From: Laetmonice hystrix
Lineage: Eukaryota
Assembly (NCBI GenBank): GCA_965235115.1
Contig: OZ249436.1
Coordinates: forward strand, 53,632,001-53,696,000
Length of the DNA stretch: 64,000 nucleotides
Direction of reading: 5' to 3'
The notes below the pieces were generated by a model. It was not told the DNA's origin, did no database searches, and saw only the letters and a list, made by a program, of their open reading frames with translations. Each line of letters opens with the position of its first letter. Position 1 is the first letter of the stretch. Both the position numbers and the translations under genes were made by a program. Below, piece by piece: positions 41,613 through 52,300 of this stretch.

Positions 41613-42472
41613 TATCGGGTGGATAAAAAAAAAAGCCCCGAACTTTAAACTTCAATATTTCAAAAAGTAATGATTGTAATTCAATGAATTTTTTTCTTAA
41701 TATCACTTCATGATGTTGTCTCTTAGTTGTTAATGTTACAACTCAATAGCTTGGATAATATTTCCGTGGGTCTAAAAACAAAAATCATTGTACAAAAGCG
41801 CAATGCCGGGCTAAAGCGAGTGGTAGTCGCACCAGAGTCCCTGGCCTCACACTAGAGTAGGTGGTCAATTGGTCCCCCGTTTTCACTTCATACTGCTCTC
41901 AGTCTCTTTTTACATCCGCCAATGCACTTCCTGATCTCTGATAGGGAATTATCTTCCCATTATTGGAAAATAAGCAGCGTTCTGAACGTGTTGCTAAACG
42001 TGATAATGATACGATTCCCCTTGAACTTCTGGTTACAGTCATATCATCCTAATGTTGCAGTTTCTCTGTAGGGTTTGGCACAGTAAACATCTGGTTTTCT
42101 CTAGAAGTACTAGGATTAGCACATAATTTATTATATCTAGTGGTTCACAACATTATACATATTGTAAAACATGCAAAGACTAAATATTGAAAACTTTTTT
42201 ACCCAAGGTACAATGCGGTGCATCAAACAGGTGTCAAATTGGACACCTGGCAGCTGCATGATATTTGACCTAATTCCGGCATTGTGTTTTTAGACACTGA
42301 TTTTTGTTTTTAGCGCCACGGGATTAATATCAAAGCTATTGAGCTGAAACTTTAGCATACAAGAGATAATATCATGAAGTTATATTAAGAGAAATTTTAT
42401 TGAATTATAATGCAAAGTTATTGAAATATTAAAGTTTAAAGTTCGGGGCGTTTTTTTTTTATCCACCCGATA
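41613..42472. mobile_element. Tc1/mariner-like non-autonomous element with about 200-bp TIRs
   Basis: TA|TATCGGGTGGATAAAA...GCCCCGAACTTTAAACTT mirrored at 42275-42472|TA. Confidence 0.85.
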
Positions 42473-42897
42473 TAACCAGTCTCCAGTACCGTTATGGACT
42501 CGGTCACTCACCTAACAATGACTATAGCTTTAAAAGATTCGAGAACACCATGTAGTCCCGTGAATGGGAAATGCAAGAAAATTGCGCTGCACCAACATAA
42601 CCGAATAAACAGCAGCCGCTGGTACAACAGGTATCGTAGCCATGGTAACAGTATGGGCTATTGTGGTAACATAATGGACAAACGCCTTATGCCATGCATT
42701 GACAATTTCTGTGTTCATTTCTAATACTACCTCTGATTTACAACCAGAAAGAGTATATGTTCATTCTATAGGCCTAGACCTTTACCATCTTTGTGGTGGT
42801 GCATTATGGATTAAATGTCTAATCTCAGATGCCCACTTTGTATTCATTTTTAGGCTAATCTTAAGGAGTAGTCCTACAGTAATAGTTTTGCAGTTTC

Positions 42898-43050
42898 CGG
42901 CCGATGGGCGATCCCCAGGTCTGACCCATCGCCATCGGTCGATGGGCCAGATGGACCGATGGGTCTGACCCATCGCCATCGGTCGATGGGCCAGATTGAC
43001 CGATGTGTCTGACCCATCGCCATCGGTCGATGGGCCAGATTGACAGATGG
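42898..43050. repeat. About 44-bp tandem repeat, 3 copies, with internal palindrome
   Basis: GTCTGACCCATCGCCATCGGTCGATGGGCCAGAT(G/T)GAC repeated; CCCATCG...CGATGGG stem in each unit. Confidence 0.85.
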
Positions 43051-44479
43051 CGCGTAACATAATCCCTTGATAAGAGAGTGGTAAAAGCGGGCCACGCTTC
43101 AATGAGCAGTATGTTCCATATCCGTAAGGGAAGGGAGCAGTTTAAACAATAGACTAATAAGTGAATCAACCCCCACCCCACCACACCCTTCCTATATGAC
43201 TTGTGTCTGCTACGCGTCAACGTCACAAATCGCTGACCCGAGCGATCGGATGACGCGCACCCTGACGCACGTCATCTTTATGGCAATGGCTGCTGCCAAA
43301 GTACTTTGGGCGGAAGACCATCAAAAGGCTATTGCCAAAGTACCAATCAAAATACAGTATTTCTACTTTGGCAGCAACAAGCCAGGGTAATTGCTGCCAA
43401 AGTACCAATGGGCGACTGGCTTACAAACTGCTTGTTGCCTGATCCTGCCAAAGTACTTTGGAAGCAAGAAACATGTATACGGTCAACTCGGGGTTGATGC
43501 ATGTAACAAAGTACTGTGTCCACATTATAAAGCCACACGATTGTGCAGAAGACCGTGGGCTTCAGTATCAAAGTACTTTGTCAGCAACTTTATCAGGAAC
43601 TCTTATTGCACATGTGGACGAAGAACTTTGTCTGGAATCGCTGTTACCAAAGTCTATGGGTACACATGCACTGAAGTGTGAAAGCACAAAAGTTGTTAGG
43701 GGACGTTCAGACTATTACCGCGTTATATCAGTGGCGGATCCAGGGGTAGGGAGTTAACCCCCTTGCCAATTTTGTCTTTTTTCACCATTGAACGGTCTTA
43801 ATTGTCCATGACTACTCCCCTCCCCCAGAAAATTCTTCCCTTAACCCCGCCCCCTTCCTAAATCCCGCATCCGCCCTGTATCCGCCCTGTATCAATACGG
43901 TTTTTAATACCAAAGTAGGCCTACTTTGACAGGAAAAAGTGTGATTAGGCCTATACTACAATTTCTAAGCATGACCTACTGAGCCAACGTCCTTTTTGTC
44001 TGGAAACATGGAATCTCTGGACCTGAGATTTAGTTTTGACACACTTTTTCATGACACACAGGGACATTTTCGATGGCGAAGTACTTTGTCAGGTGATGCT
44101 GTCTTAACGTGACGTTTATTGACAGAATAAAGTCAGGAAGTCAAGTGGTACTATATTTTGAACATGAGCTTTATTGCCAACGACCCTTCACATTGGACAT
44201 AGAGAATTACAACTGTCGGTGTGGAAAAAATCTTAGGCGTAAAAGCAAAAGGTATACTCGTAGTTTGCTGACGTAGTCAAGGTAATGTAGGCCTACTTAT
44301 ATACATGTAGGCCTATATAATTTGGAGATGCCAATAAACATGCGAAACTGTGTAACCCTGAAAAAAAGCCTTTCAGAACTTCCTTCGCGAGTTACAGTAA
44401 AATAGCCTGCGGTAATTTGGCCTGAATCTGTATAGTAATTTGGAACACTTGGAAAAAGTGGACACCAGTGGCAACACTA

Positions 44480-45280
44480 ATTTGGTAATAACTATGCAGC
44501 CTAACGCCCTACTCCTTGCTGCCACATTACTTTGGCAATAACAATGCAGCCTAACCCCCTACCCCTTGCTGCCACAGTACCTTGGCAATAACAATGCAGC
44601 CTAACGCCCTACTCCTTGCTGCCACAGTACCTTGGCAATAACAATGCAGCCTATAACTCCCTACCCCTTGCTGCCACAGTACCTTGGCAATAACAATGCA
44701 GCCTAACCCCCTACCCCTTGCTGCACCATTACTTTGGCAATAACAATGTAGCCTAACGCCCTACCCCTTGCTGCCACAGTACCTTGGCAATAACAATGCA
44801 GCTTAACCCCCTACCCCTTGCTGCCACAGTACCTTGGCAATAACAATGCAGCCTACCCCCTACCCCTTGCTGCCACAGTACCTTGGCAATAACAATGCAG
44901 CCTAACGCCCTACCCCTTGCTGCCACAGTACCTTGGCAATAACAATGCAGCTTAACCCCCTACCCCTTGCTGCCACAGTACCTTGGCAATAACAATGCAG
45001 CCTACCCCCTACCCCTTGCTGCCACAGTACCTTGGCAATAACAATGCAGCCTAACCCCCTACCCCTTGCTGCACCATTACTTTGGCAATAACAATGCAGC
45101 CTAACGCCCTACCCCTTGCTGCCACAGTACCTTGGCAATAACAATGCAGTCTAACCCCCTACCCCTTGCTGCCACATTACTTTGGCAATAACAATGCAGC
45201 CTAACCCCTACCCCTTGCTGCCACAGTACCTTGGCAATAACAATACAGCCTAACCCCCCCACCCTTTGCTGCCACAGTAA
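44480..45280 (+). repeat. 50-bp minisatellite, about 16 copies (left array)
   Basis: Unit TAACAATGCAGCCTAACCCCCTACCCCTTGCTGCCACAGTACCTTGGCAA. Confidence 0.97.
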
Positions 45281-45299
45281 CAATTTGTTAACCGATGTT

Positions 45300-45528
45300 G
45301 TCAGCTTTGGTTTCCGTTGTCTAAGCTGTTCACATTGATAATGAAACCAGACATGACAATTGTCGCACTGGATTTTTTTTGGCGCGGCCAGTCCCTGTGC
45401 AGTCCCTCGCTCCACAGTCATTTGAATGGTTCGGCCAAGAACTGCTGGTACGTATGTTGGCGGTAGTCTAGTACGTGGAGCTGCGTGAGTGATGGAGGTA
45501 CCACTCCTCTCACGAGTGCATCTGCATT
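45300..45528 (-). pseudogene. Frameshifted exon encoding a PHD finger remnant inside the MULE
   Basis: Acceptor aattcAG at 45530-45529; CGARDC in one frame, then a shift at the A8 run to IQCDNCHVWFHYQC (45373-45332), the C-x2-C-x4-H-x2-C core of a PHD finger. Confidence 0.65.
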
Positions 45529-45691
45529 CTGAATTAACAAGAATATCGACACTCATCAATAAATCAATTTTATTTTTACCAAATTGATCAGTCTCTTTGC
45601 CATAAATGGTAAAGTTTATGGTTACAGTGCAAGTAATCAAAGAGTCTATCAATTTTAACTAAATTGACAGATGGCATGGTTTCTGATTAGA

Positions 45692-46880
45692 TATTACCAA
45701 GGTAATGTGAGAGCAAGGGGCAGGGCGTTAGGCTGTATTGTTATTGCCAAGATACTGTGGCAGCAAGGGGCAGAGGGTTACGCTGCAGTGTTATTGCCAA
45801 AGTACTGTGGCAGCAAGGGGTAAGGCGTTAGGCTGCATAGTTATTGCCAAAGTACTGTGGCAGCAAGGGGCAAGGCGTTAGGCTGCATGGTTATTGCCAA
45901 AGTACTGTGACAGCAAGTGGCAGGGGGTTAGGCTGTATTGTTATTGCCAAAGTAACTGTGGCAGCAAGGGGTAGGGGGTTAGGCTGCATTGTTATTGCCA
46001 AGGTACTGTGGCAGCAAGGGGTAGGGCGTTAGGCTGCATTGTTATTGACAAAGTAATGTGGTAGCAAGAGGTAGGGGGTTAGGCTGCATTGTTATTGCCA
46101 AAGTACTGTGGCAGCGAGGGGCAGGGCATTAGGCTGCATAGTTATTGCCAAAGTATTGTGGCAGCAAGCGACAGAGGGTTACGCTGCATTGTTATTGCCA
46201 AAGTACTGTGGCAGCAAGGGGCATGGGGTTAGGCTGCATTGTTATTGCCAAAGTACTGTGGCAGCAAGGGGCAGGGCGTTAGGCTGCATGGTTATTGCCA
46301 AGACACTGTGGCAGCAAGGGGCAGGGGGTTAGGCTGTATTGTTATTGCCAAAGTACTGTGGCAGCAAGTGGTAGGGCTTAAGGCTGCAATGTTATTGCCA
46401 AAGTACTGTGGCAGCAAGGGGCAGGGGGTTAGGCTGTATTGTTATTGCTAAAGTACTGTGGCAGCAAGGGGTAGGGCTTAAGGCTGCATTGTTATTGCCA
46501 AAGTACTGTGGCAGCAAGGGGCAAGGCGTTAGGCTGCATGGTTATTGCCAAAGTACTGTGGCAGCAAGGGTCAGGGGGTTAGGCTGTATTGTTATTGCCA
46601 AAGTAACTGTGGCAGCAAGGGGTAGGGGGTTAGGCTGCATTGTTATTGCTAAAGTACTGTGGCAGCAAGGGGTAGGGCTTAAGGCTGCATTGTTATTGCC
46701 AAAGTACTGTGGCAGCAAGGGGCAAGGCGTTAGGCTGCATGGTTATTGCCAAAGTACTGTGGCAGCAAGGGTCAGGGGGTTAGGCTGTATTGTTATTGCC
46801 AAAGTAACTGTGGCAGCAAGGGGTAGGGGGTTAGGCTGCATTGTTAATGCCAAGGTACTGTGGCAGCAAGGGGTAGGGCG
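45692..46880 (-). repeat. 50-bp minisatellite, about 23 copies, inverted relative to the left array
   Basis: Unit TTGTTATTGCCAAAGTACTGTGGCAGCAAGGGG(T/C)AGGGGGTTAGGCTGCA is the reverse complement of the left unit. Confidence 0.97.
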
Positions 46881-48097
46881 TATTATCATCACATCTGGAA
46901 TAGCTACGGTCTGGCCTTGTTGCACCCCTGTAACAATCATGGCAAAATGATTTTAACTTCGCTCTGGATTACCGTTAATCATGTCAAATAATGTAGAAAT
47001 GAACTAACCTTATCCCCTCTGGGATCCGTATGTCTTGTCTTCCTGGGTGTTTTTGTAGATACGTCTTCACAGTTTCCGAGGCGTATATGTGATAAAAAAC
47101 ATTCTGACCCTGCTTGTACTGGTCAAATGCCTCAGAAAAGCTATGGTCCGTCGGAAACGTGTCACCCAGCTTCATTATAGCAGGACTAGTCAAGATGGCA
47201 CCTCCTGGTCCTAGTCTTGGCGCCAAAAAATCTAGGTCATATGTAACAAAGCTTCTGATTGGTACTTTGACAATAGCGTTTTGGTCGTCTTCCACCCAAA
47301 GTACTTTGGCAGTAGACACTCCGCATCTTTATATGGCAAGCTTGCAGAAAACAGCTGTTTCCATTTTGACGCGGACGTCGAACGCCTCACGTCGACGCAC
47401 ATTGTTTAAATATGGATGCCTATATCTCCAGGTCTGCATAGTCCGAACGCTAGTCCGCGACTGCAGCGTTGGCGCAGAATAAAATGGCTACGATCGCCAG
47501 TCGGCGTCAGATTTTCAGTATATGTATTGATTTTCATGTCATGAAACCGACACGTCGGCGTACTGGTTCATTATAGTCGGCAACTTCGTCGTCTTCGTCT
47601 TAAAGTGACTTTCTCCCCTACAGAACACACTCTCAGGGAGACGCATCGTTGCATAATCGTTGATCGAGTATTCTGGGTACTATTAATATTGTACTACAAC
47701 ATCAGTGCAGTATTTCCGACAGGAGGTGGATGAGGGGCCCTTGACAAGAAGTTGCCTTGAGGCTTTCCAATTATGTGGTGAGAAAGCATGGAATATGTAT
47801 GAGTGCCGAGCTATGGGAACAATTTGATCACATCATCAATATGGGAGGAAGTGAAGGCCAGAAAAATGAAGGATCCCGAGGCGAAAAATCCTACACAGGG
47901 CCGTAAAACAATTAATTTAGTTGCCCCTAGGCCCAGGTTTTGACAGCCGTGGTATTCCCCTATAATTTCACAATTGTTAGATTTTGTTAATGCCGGAGGC
48001 AAATGCATGGAGAACGAATTATTGATATCCTGATATCTTGTTATCGTTAGGTTAAACTGTGAAAATAGGAGGTGTTATTAATTTAAGAAAGACTTAA

Positions 48098-48950
48098 AGG
48101 AGAAGACCAGTCAAAAATCACATTTGGACAGCTGCAAGGCCTCTATATGCACCCACCTTTCAGAGTAGTGGTTGGAAATAAATATTCCCCCATTCCAAGA
48201 AGTCATATGTTGAACATGACAACCGTGTCAAAATCACTGGCTTCAGCGGCGCAGCCATTTGTTGCTATTGGGCTGGCCGGAAGTGACGTTTCGGGGCTAA
48301 TCTATTGCATGCAAGGGCTAGGCTAGACTAGACTAAAGTAAAGGCAGCCGGGGCGGGTCGGCAAAATCAACGGGGGTCAGTCCCACAGTCACAGTCACAA
48401 CTAAAACAGGTCTGTGCTGAAGTGACCACAAGAGTCTGACACTGCCAGCACCCGCCCGCGGTCGAAGCCACGGCCAGGGCCCGGCCCAGTCGCCCTGCGG
48501 GTGCCGTCAACATGTATCACGAATGCAGGCGGCCGAAACCCTCTGACATCGGTAGGCTTAATTCCTAGCCAATCCTCTGTATGATCGGTAGTTTTCGTCT
48601 ATGTTCTAACAAATTTTGCTTATATAAATAAGCTGTCAACGTTCGCTCATAGACCATACAGCATGGTCTATGGTTCGCTCAACGCAACAGGTGCGTCAGT
48701 TTTTCGTTCCTCCCAAACTGGAGAGCTGTTGGAGCATGCGCAATGTGAGATTAGACCAAGAGATTAGCCCAAGCAGACAGCTATGGCCGCCATCACCAGC
48801 GGAGCAGGTTCTAAGCAGGCTCCTGCACTGAAGTGCTTATAGGCCTATCTTAACTATTTGAGCACCAATTGTGTTCAAATATTTTTTAACTTGCTTAGAA
48901 TATCACGGCCTGTGTGTCTGGCCTGTACAGACTGGCGGTGGTCTTTTCTT
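48098..48950 (+). mobile_element. TTAA-flanked Kolobok-like non-autonomous element, copy 2
   Basis: TTAA|AGGAGAAGACCA ... TGGTCTTTTCTT|TTAA (48094-48097 and 48951-48954); homologous to 22324-23191. Confidence 0.82.
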
Positions 48951-48954
48951 TTAA

Positions 48955-49373
48955 GGACAAGTGCTAGTGTAAGGCCAAAAATTCTTTTGAGACAGATTTT
49001 TAACAGATTTTGCAGATAAAGAGAGTATATTCTCCTCTTTCAAAATTCAGCAAAAAAAAACAAAAAAAACCTCACCGGGTTAGATTTTTTGTTAAGAGCT
49101 TTTGAAATTGATATTTAATCATGTTAATAATAAAATTTTTGCTCATTTACACCACAGTGAAAATGTCAAACTTTTTTTACCACTTAAAAAAGTTTGCAAA
49201 CAGTGTATTTATTAACATGACGAACATACCAATTTCAAAAGCTCTTAATCAAAAAACTAACCCAGTGAGGTATCATTCTTTTGCTGAATTTCAGAGAACA
49301 TACTCTGTTTATTCGCAAATTTTAAAAAAAAATCTGTCTCGAAAATTTGTTTGCCTCACACTAGCACTTGTTT
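48955..49373. mobile_element. TTAA-flanked palindromic MITE abutting the previous element
   Basis: ACAAGTGCTAGTGT...GAGACAGATTTTT mirrored by AAAAATCTGTCTC...ACACTAGCACTTGT; arms about 170 bp; TTAA at 48951-48954 and 49374-49377. Confidence 0.8.
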
Positions 49374-52300
49374 TTAACCTCCGTGTCTGTGTGTTAGCAG
49401 AGTATGTACGCTGGTTCACAGAGTTAATGTAAAAGTCGCCGCATGACTAAAAGTTAAAAATGTTGGCATTCCCAAAATGAGTCGACACTGAAACCGTTTG
49501 TTTTCATTCGCTAATATCTTTAAGCTGGTGTACACTAGGCGACGCAACAAGCGATTTGCTTGCGACGACCCATCGCAACTGGGGGGATGCTGGTCGCTCG
49601 TCTCTCGCTCGTCGGATCGGTAAGGCTGCTACACTTGGCGATCAAACAGGGGACCGCACACCTGATTTGCCGCCTCATTTCAACCAAAATGGCGCGAAAG
49701 GCGAATTTCGATGCGCTAGCCGCAGTCTGGTTGGTTGATCCAGTAGACACGTCATTGCGACGAGCGACGGCGATGGCTACACTTGTAGCAAGCAGGAAAA
49801 CGGTGCGATTCAGCTGCAACCGTCGTCGCAAAGAATGAACATGTTCATTCTTTGCGATTTCACGTTCCCACGGTCGCAACGAGTTTGCGCCGGCCTTGCG
49901 ATGGGCGACGGAGCCTGCTACACTATGCGATGCGAGTCCAGTCCGCTAGGGATGTTCCAGTCAACTCGACTTTACCTTTTGTGTAGGACACCCGTCGAGG
50001 GCCTTCTGTAAGGGTCTTCTACGGCTGACCAGTGACGTACAGGTCTAGGTTTTTTTTATTTAGGGGGGGGGGGGCAAGTGAAGCAGAGTAGCAAATGACA
50101 TTCGTAGCGCAAACCCAACCGTGTGCAGTAGGCGGACCCAACACTGCTAGAAATCGAGGGGGAGGGGTCTGCATCTGCAGATAGAAATTGTGAAGTTTCT
50201 CAAAGCATTTAGGTCTAGCCTACGAAGAACTTTTGTCACTTCTTAAAAAGGTGGCGCGCCTCTGCGCGACCTCCTTGGATACGCTAGTGTCTGTGTTTCT
50301 TTTGAGGGGGGGGGGGGGGCGAGCTTTTTGACCTGGGGAGGCGCTCGCCCCCTGCCCCCCTCTGGTTACGCCACTGGTGTTGACATCACAAGCTCCTGGG
50401 GTCATTACGGGGGATGATTATGACTTTTGACGGCTGTATTTAAGAAGTGGTTTTGTAACAAATTATATTGAACGGTTGACGATAGGGAAAATGCATTATG
50501 CATCAGGATCACCAACCGTGCCGAATGCAGTTACCTCCATCAGTCCAACTGAGGCGAAAGCTCTAATCCAAATCCACCTAAACGTTGAGGTTCCCCCCAG
50601 CCTTCGTCCTTGGTATTATCATTTGTTGCTGAATTGAAAGCAAACAACCGCCCTGTCAACTGATGGCATTCTAACTATGGGAAATCTGGGTGTGAGGACT
50701 CCCACTTCGTTTGTCAACGTCGTCTGCTGCTGCATGACACAATCCATCAGAATACGACAGCTTGCAATTTTCTGGAGCTATGAATTAAAAAAACTATTAC
50801 ATCTAAGATTTCAGATGATAGTGTTTTGCAAGCGCTTTTATATAAGGTGTCCCAAAAGTTACTGTGCATGCAGTAAAGTCTCACGTACGACGTTGCAGGC
50901 ACACAATGGCACACATGATCCTTGTGCCACACCCAATACATATACATCCTAATGTTACCTCCACCTTGATCTTTCGTATTCTCTTCGTTCGTAGGCCTAT
51001 ATGGGAAGATTGATGGATATGTTTCTCCTTCAGAAGAAAGAAATACGAATAATCCTATTCGATCTTGCGTAAATCAGTCGTAAATCGTTGCGTGTAACAC
51101 TTTTTTTTAATCGCAAGTAGATCCGAAAGACAGCATTTTACGATAACCAAAGTAGGTATCGTATGGGCATGCAACAGGTTTGTAGCAGGAGGCTACTTTT
51201 TGATGAAGGCAGATTTCAAGCGAGTTACCGGCTCAGCAAAGCCATCGCGCCGACCCTGTCCAGCGATACGGAGTCTCGATGCTGCAGTACTGTCGCAGAC
51301 ACGCGGTGCCGGTCTGACTGCTGAGGAGCTTGTAAGTATTATAAGATCATAGGAGACGATCAAATTGTAAAAATAAAAAAATAAGTCCTTTGTCTTCTCT
51401 CCTTTAAGTGGTAAACTCATAAAAATACGACAATGCAATCATGTAGGCCTACCCCACCCGCTTAGCTGCCTATCACATTATTGCGGGTAACCTCGTTATT
51501 TCCCCCAATATTCATACTAACCTTCACATGTGGGTTCTGAGGTATGGTAATGTGTATCTTGCCATTTATCATAATTTGTTTTTAAACCAAAGAGAGGTGG
51601 GTAGTTAGAATATGCTGACAAGTTAGTTTGTACAAGCAACGTGCTACTCAACGGCAAGTAGGTTTGTGGTTCCGTTAGTGTTCACATCAATTAAACGTTT
51701 CATTCAGACCTAATAGTCTCTGTGTATGAATTTCTTGTCAGGCCTACGTGGTCAGCGTATTATGTACGTGGAGCCAGTTTCATACTATTTACTGGGATGA
51801 TGACGTTTACCGTTGTTTTTCACATTTCCTAAATCTTTACTATTAGGAACATTGACTGCCGCATGTAAGCTGCCTCATAAAACCGAGTCATGTGTTCCAT
51901 TCTGATAATCATAATTTTTCTTATCAAAAGACCAAACTCTTCAGTGTGTTTGAGATCAATTTCCAAGGATCAAGACGAACAAATCCGTGGATCGCCCCCC
52001 CCCCCCCGACCCTGGAGTTACAATCGCTGCCATCAGTGGACAACTTAAACTTTGAAGGTTTTGCACTTGTCTTGAATATGGATGGACCACTGCCGACAAG
52101 GCGTAACCCCCCCCCCCCCCCGCAGCCCCCCACCCCCCTTCCCGCAGCCCGGCAGCGAACCCCCCAGCCTGCCAACCCCCCGGCCGATTCAATTAGTCGC
52201 TCACAGTTGTAAAGAAATGACAATGTACGTTTCAAGCACATGATCCCTTTATGGTCAACCAGAGATAAAAGAGCCATGAGCATTGGCATATTAAGTTCCC

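Larger units (their letters stand above)
43282..47323 (-). mobile_element. Mutator-like (MULE/Foldback-type) non-autonomous element, 4042 bp
   Basis: Exact 9-bp TSD CATCTTTAT at 43273-43281 and 47324-47332; about 70-bp imperfect TIRs containing CTGCCAAAGTACTTTGGG; minus-strand coding remnants at 47175-47009 and 45528-45300; no DDE catalytic domain seen. Confidence 0.88.

Noticed and set aside
44480..46880. CRISPR-like appearance of the regularly spaced palindromic repeats
   Set aside because: The units are contiguous near-identical tandem copies with no unique spacers, there are no cas genes, and the context is eukaryotic.
45844..46950. Repetitive ORFs (AARGRGLGCIVIAKVLWQQG...)
   Set aside because: They are translations of the 50-bp minisatellite cycling through frames.
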